Source: Mobula hypostoma (lineage: Eukaryota). Taken from it: DNA of 64,000 bases. Below, piece by piece: positions 37,501-49,500 of this stretch (position 1 is the stretch's first letter; the number at the start of each line of letters is the position of its first letter). Under the pieces are notes generated by a model. It was not told the DNA's origin, did not search any database, and saw only the letters and a list, made by a program, of their open reading frames with translations. The translations under genes and the position numbers were made by a program. The DNA is taken from contig NC_086097.1 of NCBI RefSeq assembly GCF_963921235.1, forward strand, positions 180,546,001-180,610,000. Direction: 5' to 3'.

Positions 37501-40500
37501 AGAGGGGGTTAGGAGTGTGGGGAGGTGGACAGAGGGGGTTAGGAGTGAGGGAGGGGACAGAGGGGGTTAGGAGTGAGGGAGGGGACAGAAGGGGTTAGGA
37601 GTGAGGGAGGGGACAGAAGGGTTTAGGAAAGTGGGGAGGGGACAGAGGGGTGTAGGAGTGTGGGGAGGTGACAGAGGGGATTAGAAGTGAGGGAGGGGAC
37701 AGAGGGGGTTAGGAGTGTGGGAAGGGACAGAGGGGGTTAGGAATGTGGGAATTGGAAGAGGGGGTTACAGTGTGGGGAGGTGGACAGAGGAGGTTAGGAG
37801 TGTAGGGAGGTGGACATAGGAGTGTGGGGAGGTGACGGGGGGTTAGGAGTGTGGGGAGGTGACAGAGGGTGTTAGGAGTGAGGGAGGGGACAGTAGGGGT
37901 TAGGAGTGTGGGGAGGGTGTCAGAGAGGGTTTGGAGTGTGGGGAGAGGACAGAGTGGGTTAGCAGAGAGGGAAGGGGACAGAGGGGGTTAGGAATGTGGG
38001 AATTGGACAGAGAGGGTTTGGAGTGTGGGGAGGGGACATGGGGGTTAGGAGTGAGGGAGGGGACAGTGGGGGTTAGGAGTGTGGGAGGGACAGAGGGGGT
38101 TAGGAGTGTGGGAGGGGACAGAGGGGGTTAGGAATGTGGGAATTGGACAGAGAGGGTTTGGAGTGTGGGGAGGTGGTCAGAGGGGGTTAGGAGTGAGGGA
38201 GGGGAGAGAGGGGCTTAGTAGTGAGGCAGGGGACAGAGGGGGTTAGGAGTGAGGGAGGGGACAGAATGGGTTAGGAATGTGGGGAGGGGACAGAGGGGTT
38301 AGGAGTGTGGGGAGGTGACAGAGGGGTTTGGGAGTGAGGGAGGGGACGGAGGGGGTTAGGAGTGAGGGAAGGGACAGAGGGGGTTAGGAGTGAGGGAGGG
38401 GACAGAAAGGGTTAGGAATGTGGGGAGGGGACAGGGGGGTTAGGAGTGTGGGGAGGTGGACATAGGAGTGTGGGGAGGGGACAGAGGGGTTTAGGAGTGA
38501 GGGAGGGGACAGAGGGGGTTAGGAGTGAGGGAGGGGACAGAGGGGGTCAGGAGTGTGGGAGGGACAGAGGGGGTAAGGAGTGTGGGAATTGGACAGAGAG
38601 GGTTTGGAGTGTGGGGAGGGGACAGAGGGGTTTAGGAGTGAGGGAGGGGACAGAGGGGGTTAGGAGTGAGGGAGGGGACAGAAGGGGTTAGGAATGTGGG
38701 GAGGGGACAGGGGGTTAGGAGTGTGGGGAAGGGATGGGGTTTACGAATGTGGGGAGGTGGAGAGAGGGGTTTGGAGTGAGGGGAGGGGACAGAGGGGCTT
38801 AGGCGTGTGGGGAGGGTGTCAGAGAGGGTTTGGAGTGTGGGGAGAGGACAGAGTGGGTTAGCAGAGAGGGAAGGGGACAGAGGGGGTTAGGAATGTGGGA
38901 ATTGGACAGAGAGGGTTTAGGAGTGTGGGGAGGGGACATGGGGGTTAGGAGTGAGGGAGGGGACTGAGGGGGTTACGAGTGAGTGATGGGATGGGGGTTA
39001 GGAATGTGGGGAGGGGACAGGGGGTTAGGAGTGTGGGGAAGGGATGGGCTTTTAGGAATGTGGGGAGGTGGAGAGCGGGGGTTAGGAGTGTGGGGAGGTG
39101 ACAGAGGGGTTTGGGAGTGAGAGAGGGGACGGAGGGGGTTAGGAGTGTGGGAAGGGGACAGAGGAGGTTAGGAGTGAGGGAAGAGGACAGAGGGGGTTAG
39201 GCATGAGGGAGGGGACAAAAGGGGTAGGAATGTGGGGAGGGGACAGAAGGGGTTAGGAGTGTGGGGAGGTGACAGAGGGGATTAGAAGTGTGGGAAGGGA
39301 CAGAGGGGGTTAGGAATGTGGCAGTTGAACAGAGGGGGTTAGGAGTGAGGGAAGGGACAGAGGGGGTTAGGAGTGAGGGAGGGGACAGAGGGGGTCAGGA
39401 GTGTGGGAGGGACAGAGGGGGTTAGGAATGTGGGAATTGGCAGAGAGGGTTTGGAGTGTGGGGAGTTGGTCAGAGGGGGTTAGGAGCGAGGGAGGGGACA
39501 GAGGGGCTTAGTAGTCAGGGAGGGGACAGAGGGGGTTAGGAGTGAGGGAGGGGACAGAGGGGGTTTGGAATGAGGGAGGGGACAGAAGGGGTTAGGAATG
39601 TGGGGAGGGGACAGGGGGTTAGGAGTGTGGGGAAGGGATGGGGGTTTACGAATGTGGGGAGGTGAAGAGAGGGGTTTGGAGTGAGGGGAGGGGACAGAGG
39701 GGCTTAGGCATGTGGGGAGGGGACAGAGGTGTGTAGGAGTGTGGGGAGGTGACAGAGGGGGTTAGAAGTGAGGGAGGGGACAGAGGGGGTTAGGAGTGTG
39801 GGAAGGGACAGAGGGGGTTAGGAATGTGGGAATTGGAAGAAGGGGTTACAGTGTGGGGAGGTGGACAGAGGGGGTTAGGAGTGTGGGGAGGTGGACATAG
39901 GAGTGTGGGGAGGTGACGGGGGGTTAGGAGTGTGGGGAGGTGACAGAGGGTGTTAGGAGTGAGGGAGGGGACTGAAGGGGTTACGAATGTGGGGAGGGGA
40001 CAGAGGGGGTTAGGAGTGTGGGGAGGTGGACATAGGAGTGTGGGGAGGTGACGGGGGATGTTAGGAGTGAGGGAGGGGACTGAAGGGGTTACGAATGTGG
40101 GGAGGGGACAGAGGGGGTTAGGAGTGTGGGGAGGTGACAGAGGGGGTTGGGAGTGAGGGAGGGGACGGAGGGGGTTAGGAGTGTGGGAATTGGACAGAGA
40201 GGTTAGGAGTGTGGGGAGATGATAGGGGGGTTTAGGAGTGTGGGGAGATGACAGAGGGGGTTAGGAGTGAGGGAGGGGACAGAGGGGGTTAGGAGTGTGG
40301 GAGGGACAGAGGGGGTTAGGAATGTGGGAATTGGACAGAGGGGGTTAGGAGTGTGGGGAGGTGGACAGAGGGGGTTAGGACTGTGGGGAGGTGGACATAG
40401 GAGTGTGGGAAGGAGACAGAGGGGGTTAGGAGTGTGGGGAGGTGGACAGAGGGGGTTAGGAGTGAGGGAGGGGACAGAGGGGGTTAGGAGTGTGGGAGGG

Positions 40501-43500
40501 ACAGAGGGGGTTAGGAATGTGGGAATTGGACAGAGGGGTTTAGGAGTGTGGGGATGTGGACAGAGGGGGTTAGGACTGTGGGGAGGTGGACATAGGAGTG
40601 TGGGAAGGGGACAGAGGGGGTTAGGAGTGTGGGGAGGTGACAGAGGGGGTTGGGAGTGAGGGAGGGGACCGAAAGAGTTAGGAGTCTGTGAATTGGACGG
40701 AGGGGGTTCCGAGTGTGGGAATTGGACAGAGGAGGTTAGCAGAGAGAGAAGTGGACAGAGGGGGTTAGGAGTGAGTGAGGGGACAGGGGGTTAGGAGTGT
40801 GTGGAAGGGATGGGGGTTTACGAATGTGGGGAGGTGGAGAGAGGGGTTTGGAGTGAGGGGAGGGGACAGAGGGGCTTAGGCGTGTGGGGAGGGGACAGAG
40901 AGGGTTTGGAGTGTGGGGAGAGGACAGAGTGGGTTAGCAGAGAGGGAAGGGGACAGAGGGGGTTAAGAATGTGGGAATTGGACAGAGGGTTTGGAGTGTG
41001 GGGAGGGGACATGGGGGTGTGGAGTGAGGGAAGGCACTGACGGGGTTACGAGTGATAGATGGGATGGGGGGTTAGGAATGTGGGGAGGGGACAGGGGGTT
41101 AGGAGTGTGGGGAAGGGATGGGGGTTTAGGAATGTGGGGAGGTGGAGAGCGGGGGTTAGGAGTGTGGGGAGGTGACAGAGGTGGTTGGGAGTGAGAGAGG
41201 GGATGGAGGGGGTTAGGAATGTGGGAAGGGGACAGAGGAGGATAGGAGTGTGGGAACGGACAGAGTGGGTTAGGAATGTGGTTAGTGGACAGAGGGGGTT
41301 AGGAGTGTGGGGAGGTGGACAGAGGGGGTTAGGAGTGTGGGGAGGTGGACAGAGGGGGTTAGGAGTGTGGGAAGGGACAGAGGGGGTTAGGAATGTGGGA
41401 GTTGGACAGAGGGGGTTAGGAATGAGGGAAGGGGACGGGGTGTTAGGAGTGTGGGGAGGGGACAGAGGGGGTTAGGAGTGAGGGAGGGGACAGAGGGGCT
41501 GAGGAGTGAGTGATGGGATGGGGGTTTAGGAATGTGGGGAAGGGACAGGGGGTTAGGAGTGTGGGGAAGGGATGGGGGTTTAGGAATGTGGGGAGGTGGA
41601 GAGAGGGGTTTGGAGTGAGGGGAGGGGACAGAGGGGGTTAGGAATGTGGGAATTGGACAGAGAGGGTTTGGAGTGTGGGGAGGTGGACAGAGGGGGTTAG
41701 GAGTGAGGGAGGGGACAGAGGGGCTTAGGAGTCAGGGAGGGGACAGAGGGGGTTAGGAGTGAGGGAGGGGATAGAAGGGGTTAGGAGTGAGGGAGGGGAC
41801 AAGAGCGGGGGTTAGGACTGTAGGGGAGGTGACAGAGGGGGTTGGGAGTGAGAGAGGGGACGGAGGGGGTTAGGAGTGTGGGAAGGGGACAGAGGAGGTT
41901 AGGAGTGAGGGAAGAGGACAGAGGGGGTTAGGTGTGAGGGAGGGGACAAAAGGGGTAGGAATGTGGGGAGGGGACAGAAGGGGTTAGGAGTGTGGGGAGG
42001 TGACAGAGGGGATTAGAAGTGTGGGAAGGGACAGAGGGGGTTAGGAGTGTGGGAATTGGACACAGGGGGTTAGGAGTGTGGGGAGGTGACGGGGGGGTAG
42101 GAATGTGGAAACTGGACAGAAGGGGTTAGGAGTGAGGGAGGCGACAGAGGGGGTTAGGAGTGAGCGACGGTACAGCAGTGGTTAGGAGTATGGGGAGGGG
42201 ACAGGGGGGTTAGGAGTGTGGGGAGGGGACAGAAGGGGTTTGGAGTGAGGGAGCGGACAGAGGGGTTAGGAGTGTGGGGAGGGGACAGAGGGGGTTAGGA
42301 ATGTGGGAATTGGACAGAGGGGGTTAGGAATGTGGGAATTGGACAGAGGGGGTTACAGTGTGGGGAGGTGGACTGAGGGGGTTAGAAGTGTGGGGAGGTG
42401 GACTGAGGGGGTTAGAAGTGTGGGGAGGTGGACGGGGGTTTAGGAGTGTGGGGAGGTGACAGAGGGTGTTAGGAGTGTGGGAGGGACAGAGGGGGTTAGT
42501 AATGTGGGAATTGGACAGAGGGGGTTAGGAGTGTGGGAGGGACAGAGGGGGTTAGGAATGTGGGAATTGGACAGAGGGGGTTCGGAGTGAGGGAGGGGAC
42601 AGAGGGGCTTAGTAGTGAGAGCAGGGGACAGAGGGGGTTAGGAGTGAGGGAGGGGACAGAAGGGGTTAGGAATGTGGGGAGGGGACAGAGGGGGTTAGGA
42701 GTGTGGGGAGGTGACAGAGGGGGTTGGGAGTGAGGGAGGGGACGGAGGGGGTTAGGAGTGTGGGGAGGTGACAGGGGGGTTTAGGAGTGTGGGGAGGTGA
42801 CAGGGGGGTTAGGAGTGAGGGAGGGGACAGAGGGGGTTAGGAGTGTGGGAAGGGACAGACGGGGTTAGGAATGTGGGAATTGGAAGAGGGGGTTACAGTG
42901 TGGGGAGGTGGACAGAGGGGGTTAGGAGTGTGGGGAGGTGGACGGGGGGTTAGGAGTGTGGGGAGGTGACAGAGGGTGTTAGGAGTGTGGGAGGGACAGA
43001 GGGGGTTAGGAATGTGGGAATTGGACAGAGGGGGTTCGGAGTGTGGGAATTGGACAGAGGGGGTTAGGAATGTGGGAAGGGGACAGAGGAGGTTAGGAGT
43101 GTGGGAACGGACAGAGTGGGTTAGGAATGTGGTTATTGGACAGGGGGGGTTAGGAATGTGGGAATTGGACAGAGGGGGTTACAGTGTGGGGAGGTGGACA
43201 GAGGGGGTTAGAAGTGTGGGGAGGTGGACGGGGGGTTAGGAGTGTGGGGAGGTGACAGAGGGTGTTAGGAGTGTGGGAGGGACAGAGGGGGTTAGTAATG
43301 TGGGAATTGGACAGAGGGGGTTAGGAGTGTGGGAGGGACAGAGGGGGTTAGGAATGTGGGAATTGGACAGAGAGGGTTTGGAGTGTAGGGAGGTGGTCAG
43401 AGGGGGTTCGGAGTGAGGGAGGGGACAGAGGGGCTTAGTAGTGAGAGCAGGGGACAGAGGGGGTTAGGAGTGAGGGAGGGGACAGAAGGGGTTAGGAATG

Positions 43501-46500
43501 TGGGGAGGGGACAGAGGGGGTTAGGAGTGTGGGGAGGTGACAGAGGGGGTTGGGGGTGAGGGAGGGGACGGAGGGGGTTAGGAGTGTGGGAATTGGACAG
43601 AGAGGTTAGGAGTGTGGGGAGGTGACAGGGGGGTTTAGGAGTGTGGGGAGGTGACAGGGGGGTTAGGAGTGAGGGAGGGGACAGAGGGGGTTAGGAGTGT
43701 GGGAAGGGACAGACGGGGTTAGGAATGTGGGAATTGGAAGAGGGGGTTACAGTGTGGGGAGGTGGACAGAGGGGGTTAGGAGTGTGGGGAGGTGGACGGG
43801 GGGTTAGGAGTGTGGGGAGGTGACAGAGGGTGTTAGGAGTGTGGGAGGGACAGAGGGGGTTAGGAATGTGGGAATTGGACAGAGGGGGTTCAGAGTGTGG
43901 GAATTGGACAGAGGGGGTTAGGAATGTGGGAAGGGGACAGAGGAGGTTAGGAGTGTGGGAACGGACAGAGTGGGTTAGGAATGTGGTTAGTGGACAGAGG
44001 GGGTTAGGAGTGTGGGGAGGTGGACAGAGGGGGTTAGGAGTGTGGGGAGGTGGACAGAGGGGTTTAGGAGTGTGGGGAGGGGACAGAGGGGGTTAGGAGT
44101 GAGGGAGGGGACAGAGGGGGTGAGGAGTGAGTGATGAGATGGGGGTTTAGGAATGTGGGGAGGGGACAGGGGTTTAGGAGTGTGGAGAAGGGATGGGGGT
44201 TTAGGAATGTGGGGAGGTGGAGAGAGAGGATTAAGAGTGTGGGAATTGGACACGGGGTTAGAAGCGTGGGAGGCGACAGGGGGGTTAGGAGTGAGCGAGG
44301 GTACAGCAGTGGTTAGGAATATGTGGAGGGGACAGGGGGGGTTAGGAGTGTGGGGAGGGGACAGAAGGGGTTTGGAGTGAGGGAGCGGACAGAGGGGGTT
44401 AGGAGTGTGGGGAGGGGTCAGAGGGGGTTAGGAATGTGGGAATTGGACAGAGGGGGTTAGGAGTGTGGGGAAGTGGACAGAGGGGGTTAGGAGTGTGGGA
44501 ACGGACAGAGTGGATTAGGAATGTGGTTATTCGACAGAGGGGGTTAGGAGTGTGGGGAGGTGGACAGAGGGGGTTAGGAGTGTGGGGAGGTGGACAGAGG
44601 GGTTTAGGAGTGTGGGGAGGGGACAGAGGGGGTTAGGAGTGAGGGAGGGGTCAGAGGGGGTTAGGAGTTAGTGATGGGATGGGGGTTAGGTATGTGGGGA
44701 GGGGACAGGGGGTTAGGAGTGTGGGGAAGGGTTGGGGTTTAGGAATGTGGGAAGGGGACAGAGTGGGTTAGGAGTGAGGGAGGAGACAGAAAGGGTTAGG
44801 AGTGCGGGGAGGGGACAGAAGGGGTTAGGAGTTAGGGAATTAGACAGAGGGGGTTAGGAGTGAGGGATGGGGACAGAGGGGGTTAGGAGAGTGGCGAGGT
44901 GGACAGAGGGGGCTAGGAGTGTGGGGAGAGGTTAGGATTGAGGGAGGGGACAGAGGGGTTAGGGGTGAGGAAGGGGACAGAAGGGGTTAGGAAAGTTGGG
45001 GGGGACAGAAATGGTTAGGAGTGTGGGGAAAGGATGGGGGTTTAGGAATGTGGGGAGGTGGAGAGAGGGGGTTAGGAGTGTGGGAAGGGGACAGAGGGGG
45101 TTTGGAGTGTGGGGAGGTGACAGAGGGGGTTGGGAGTGAGGGAGGGGACGGAGAGGGTTCGGTGTGTGGGAATTGGACAGAGAGGGTTAGGAGTGAGGGA
45201 AGAGGACAGAGGGGGTTAGGAATGTGGGAAGGGGACAGAGGGGGTTAGGTGTGTGGGGAGGGGACAGAGGAGGTTAGGAGTGAGGGAGGAGACAGAAGGG
45301 GTTAGGAATGTGGGGAGGGGACAGAGTGGGTTTGGAGTGTGGGGAAGGGATGGGGGTTTAGGAATGTGGGGAGGTGGAGAGAGGGGGTTAGGAGTGTGGG
45401 GAGGTGACAGAGGGGGTTAGGAATGTGGGGAGGGGACAGAGGAGGTTAGGAGTGAGGAAGGGGACAGAAGGGTTTAGGAATGTGGGGACGGGACAGAGGG
45501 GGTTAGGAGTGTGGGGAGGTGACAGAGGGGGTTAGGAGTGTGGGGAGGGGATAGAGGGGGTTAGGAGTGAGTGAGGGGACAGGAGGGTTAGGTGTGTGAG
45601 GAAGGGATGGGGGTTTAGGAATGTGGGGAGGTGACAGAGGGGGTTAGGAATGTGGGGAAGGGACAGAGGGGGTTAGGAATGTGGGGAGGGGACAGAGAGG
45701 GTTAGGAGTGTGGGAATTGGACACAGGGTGTTAGGAGTGAGGGAGGAGACAGAGGGGGTTAGGAGTGAGCGAGGGGACAGCAGGGGTTAGGAATGTGGGG
45801 AGGAGACGGGGGGTTAGGAGTGTGGGGAAGGCTTGGGGGTTTAGGAATGTGGGGAGGTGGAGAGAGGGGTTTGGAGTGAGGGGAGGGGACAGAGGGTGTT
45901 AGGAGTGAGGGAAGTGGACAGAGGGGGTTAGGCATGTGGGTGAGGGGAGGGGACAGAGGGTGGTAGGAGTGAGGGAAGTGGACAGAGGGGGTTAGGCGTG
46001 TGGGGAGGGGACAGAGAGGGTTTGGAGTGTGGGGAGAGGACAGAGGGGGTTAGCAGTGAGGGAAGGGGACAGAGGGGGTTAGGAGTGTGGGGAGGTGACG
46101 GGGGGTGGTTACGAGAGAGGGAGGGACCAGAGGGGGTTAGGAGTGTGGGAATTGGACAGAGGGGGTTAGGAGTGTGGGGAGGTGACAGAGGGGGTTGGGA
46201 ATGTGGTTATTGGACAGAGGGGGTTAGGAGTGAGTAATGGGACGGGGGGGTTAGGAGTGTGGGGAAGGGATGGGGTTTTAGAAATGTGGGGAGGTGGAGA
46301 GAGGGGTTTGGAGTGAGGGGAGGGGACAGAGGGTGTTAGGAGTGAGGGAAGTGGACAGAGGGGGTTAGGCGTGTGGGTGAGGGGATGGGACAGATGGTGT
46401 TAGGAGTGAGGGAAGTGGACAGAGGGGGTTAGGCGTGTGGGGAGGTGGACAGAGGGGGTTAGGAGTGTGGGGAGGTGGACATAGGAGTGTGGGAAGGGGA

Positions 46501-49500
46501 CAGAGGGGGTTAGGAGTGTGGGGAGGGGAAAGAGGGGGTTAGGAGTGAGCTAGGGGACAGCAGGGGTTAGGAATGTGGGGAGGGGACAGGGGGGTTAGGA
46601 GTGTGGGGAAGGGATGGGGGTTTAGGAATTTGGGGAGGTGGAGAGAGGGGGTTAGGAGTGTGGGAAGGGGACAGAGGGGTTTAGGAGTGTGGGGAGGTGA
46701 CAGAGGGGGTTGGGAATGAGGGAGGGGACGGAGGGGGTTAGGAGTGTGTGAATTGGACGGAGGGGGTTAGGAATGTGGGAATTGGACAGAAGGGGCTAGG
46801 AGAGAGGGAAGTGGACAGAGGGGGTTAGGAATGTGGGAAGGGGACAGAGGAGGTTAGGACTGTGGGAACAGACAGAGTGGATTAGGAATGTGGTTATTGG
46901 ACAGAGGGGGTTAGGAGTGAGTGATGGGACGGTGGGGTTAGAAATCTGTGAACAGGACAGGGGGTTAGGACTGTGGGGAAGGGTTGGGGGATTAGGAATG
47001 TGGAGAGGTGGAGAGAGGGGGTTAGGAGTGTGGGACGGGGACAGAGGGTGTTATGAGTGAGGGAGGGGACAGAAGCGGTTAGGAGTGAGGGAGGGGACAG
47101 AAGGGGTTAGGAGTGTGGGGAGGGGACAGAGGGGGTTAGGAGTATGGGGAGGTGACAGAGGGGGTTAGGAGTGAGTGAGGGGACGGGGGTTAGGAGTGTG
47201 GGCAAGGGATGGGGGTTTAGGAATGTGGGGAGGTGGAGAGAGGGGTTTGGAGCGAGGGGAGGGGACAGAGGGTGTTAGGAGTGAGGTAATTAGACAGAGG
47301 GGGTTAGGCGTGAGGGAGGTGACAGAGGAGGTTAGGAGTGTGGGGAGGTGGACAGAGGGGGTTAGGAGTGTGGGGAGGTGGACATAGGAGTGTGGGAAGG
47401 GGACAGAGGGGTTTAGGAGTGTGGGGAGGTGACAGAGGGGGTTGGGAGTGAGGGAGGGGACGGAGGGGGTTAGGAGTCTGTGAATTGGACGGAGGGGGTT
47501 CGGAGTGTGGGAATTGGACAGAGGAGGTTAGGAGAGAGGGAAGTGGACAGAGGGGGTTAGGAATGTGGGAAGGGGACAGAGGAGGATAGGAGTGTGGGAA
47601 CGGACAGAGTGGGTTAGGAATGTGGTTATTGGACAGAGGGGGTTAGGAGTGTGGGGAGGGGACAGAGGGGGTTAGGAGTGTGGGGAGGTGGACAGAGGGG
47701 TTTAGGAGTGTGGGGAGGGGACAAAGGGGGTTAGGAGTGAGGGAGGGGACAGAGGGGGTTAGGAGTGAGTGAATTGGACGGAGGGGGTTAGGAGTGTGGG
47801 AATTGGACAGAGGAGGTTAGGAGAGAGGGAAGTGGACAGAGGGGGTTAGGAATGTGGGAAGGGGACAGAGGAGGTTAGGAGTGTGGGGAGGTGACAGAGG
47901 GTGTTGGGAGTGAGAGAGGGGACGGAGGGGGTTAGGAGTCTGTGAATTGGACGGAGGGGGTTAGGAGTGTGGGAACGGACAGAGGAGGTTAGGAGAGAGG
48001 GAAGTGGACAGAGGGGGTTAGGATTGTGGGAAGGGGACAGAGGAGGTTAGGAGTGTGGGAACGGATCGAGTGGGTTAGGAATGTGGTTATTGGACAGGGG
48101 GGGTTAGGAGTGTGGGGAGGGGACAGAGGGGGTTAGGAGTGTGGGGAGGTGGACAGAGGGGTTTAGGAGTGTGGGGAGGGGACAAAGGGGGTTAGGAGTG
48201 AGGGAGGGGACAGAGGGGGTTAGGAGTGAGTGATGGGATGGGTTGTTAGGAATGTGGGGAGGGGACAGGGGGTTAGGAGTGTGGGGAAGGGTTGGGGGTT
48301 TAGGAATGTGGGGAGGTGGAGAGAGGGGTTTAGGAGTGTGGGAAGGGGACAGAGGGGGTTAGGAGTGAGGGAGGGGACAGCAGGGGTTAGGAGTGTGGGG
48401 AGGGGACAGAAGGGGTTAGGAGTGAGGGATGGGGACAGAGGGGTTAGGAGTGAGGGAGGGGACAGAGGGGGTTAAGAGTGAGGAAGGGGACAGAAGGGGT
48501 TAGGAATGTTGGGAGGGGACAGAAGGGGTTAGGAATGTGGGGAAGGGATGGCGGTTTAGGAATGTGGGGAGGTGGAGAGAGGGGGTTAGGAGTGTGGGAA
48601 GGGGACAGAAGGGGTTTGGAGTGTGGGGAGGTGACAGAGGGGGTTGGGAATGTGGGATGGGGACAGAGGAGGTTTGGAGTGAGAAAGGGGACAGAAGGGG
48701 TTAGGAATGTGGGGAAGGGACAGAGGGGGTTAGGAGTGTGTGGAGGTGACAGAGGGGGTTTGGAATGTGGGGAGGTGACGGGGGGTTAGGAGTGAGGGAG
48801 GTGACAGAGGGGGTTAGGAGTGAGGGAGGTGACAGAGGGGGTTAGGAGTGTGGGGAGGTGGACATAGGAGTGTGGGAAGGGGACAGAGGGGGTTAGGAGT
48901 GCGGGGAGGTGACAGAGGGGGTTAGGAGAGAGGGAAGTGGACAGAAGGGGTTAGGAGTGTGGGAAGGGGACAGAGGAGGTTAGGAGTGTGGGAACGGACA
49001 GAGTGGGTTAGGAATGTGGTTATTGGACAAAGGGGGTTAGGTGTGTGGGGAGGTGGAGAGAGGGGGTTAGGAGTGTGGGAAGGGGACAGAGGGGGTTTGG
49101 AGTGTGGGGAGGTGACAGAGGGGGTTAGGAGTGAGAAAGGGGACAGAAGGGGTTAGGAATGTGGGGAAGGGACAGAGGGGGTTAGGAGTGTGGGGAGGTG
49201 ACAGAGGGGGTTGGGATTGTGGGGGGGTAGGAGTGAGGGAGGGGACAGAGGGAGTTAGGAGTGAGGGAAGAGGACAGAGGGGGTTAGGAGTGTGGGGAGG
49301 TGACAGAGGGGCTTGGGAGTGAGGGATGGGACGGAGGGGTTAGGTGTGTGGGAATTGGACAGAGGGGGTTAGGAGTGAGGGAAGAGGACAGAGGGGGTTA
49401 GGAATGTGGGAAGGGGACAGAGGAGCTTAGGAGTGAGGGAGGGGACAGAAGGGGTTAGGAATGTGGGGAGGGGACAGAGGGGGTTAGGAGTGTGGGGAAG

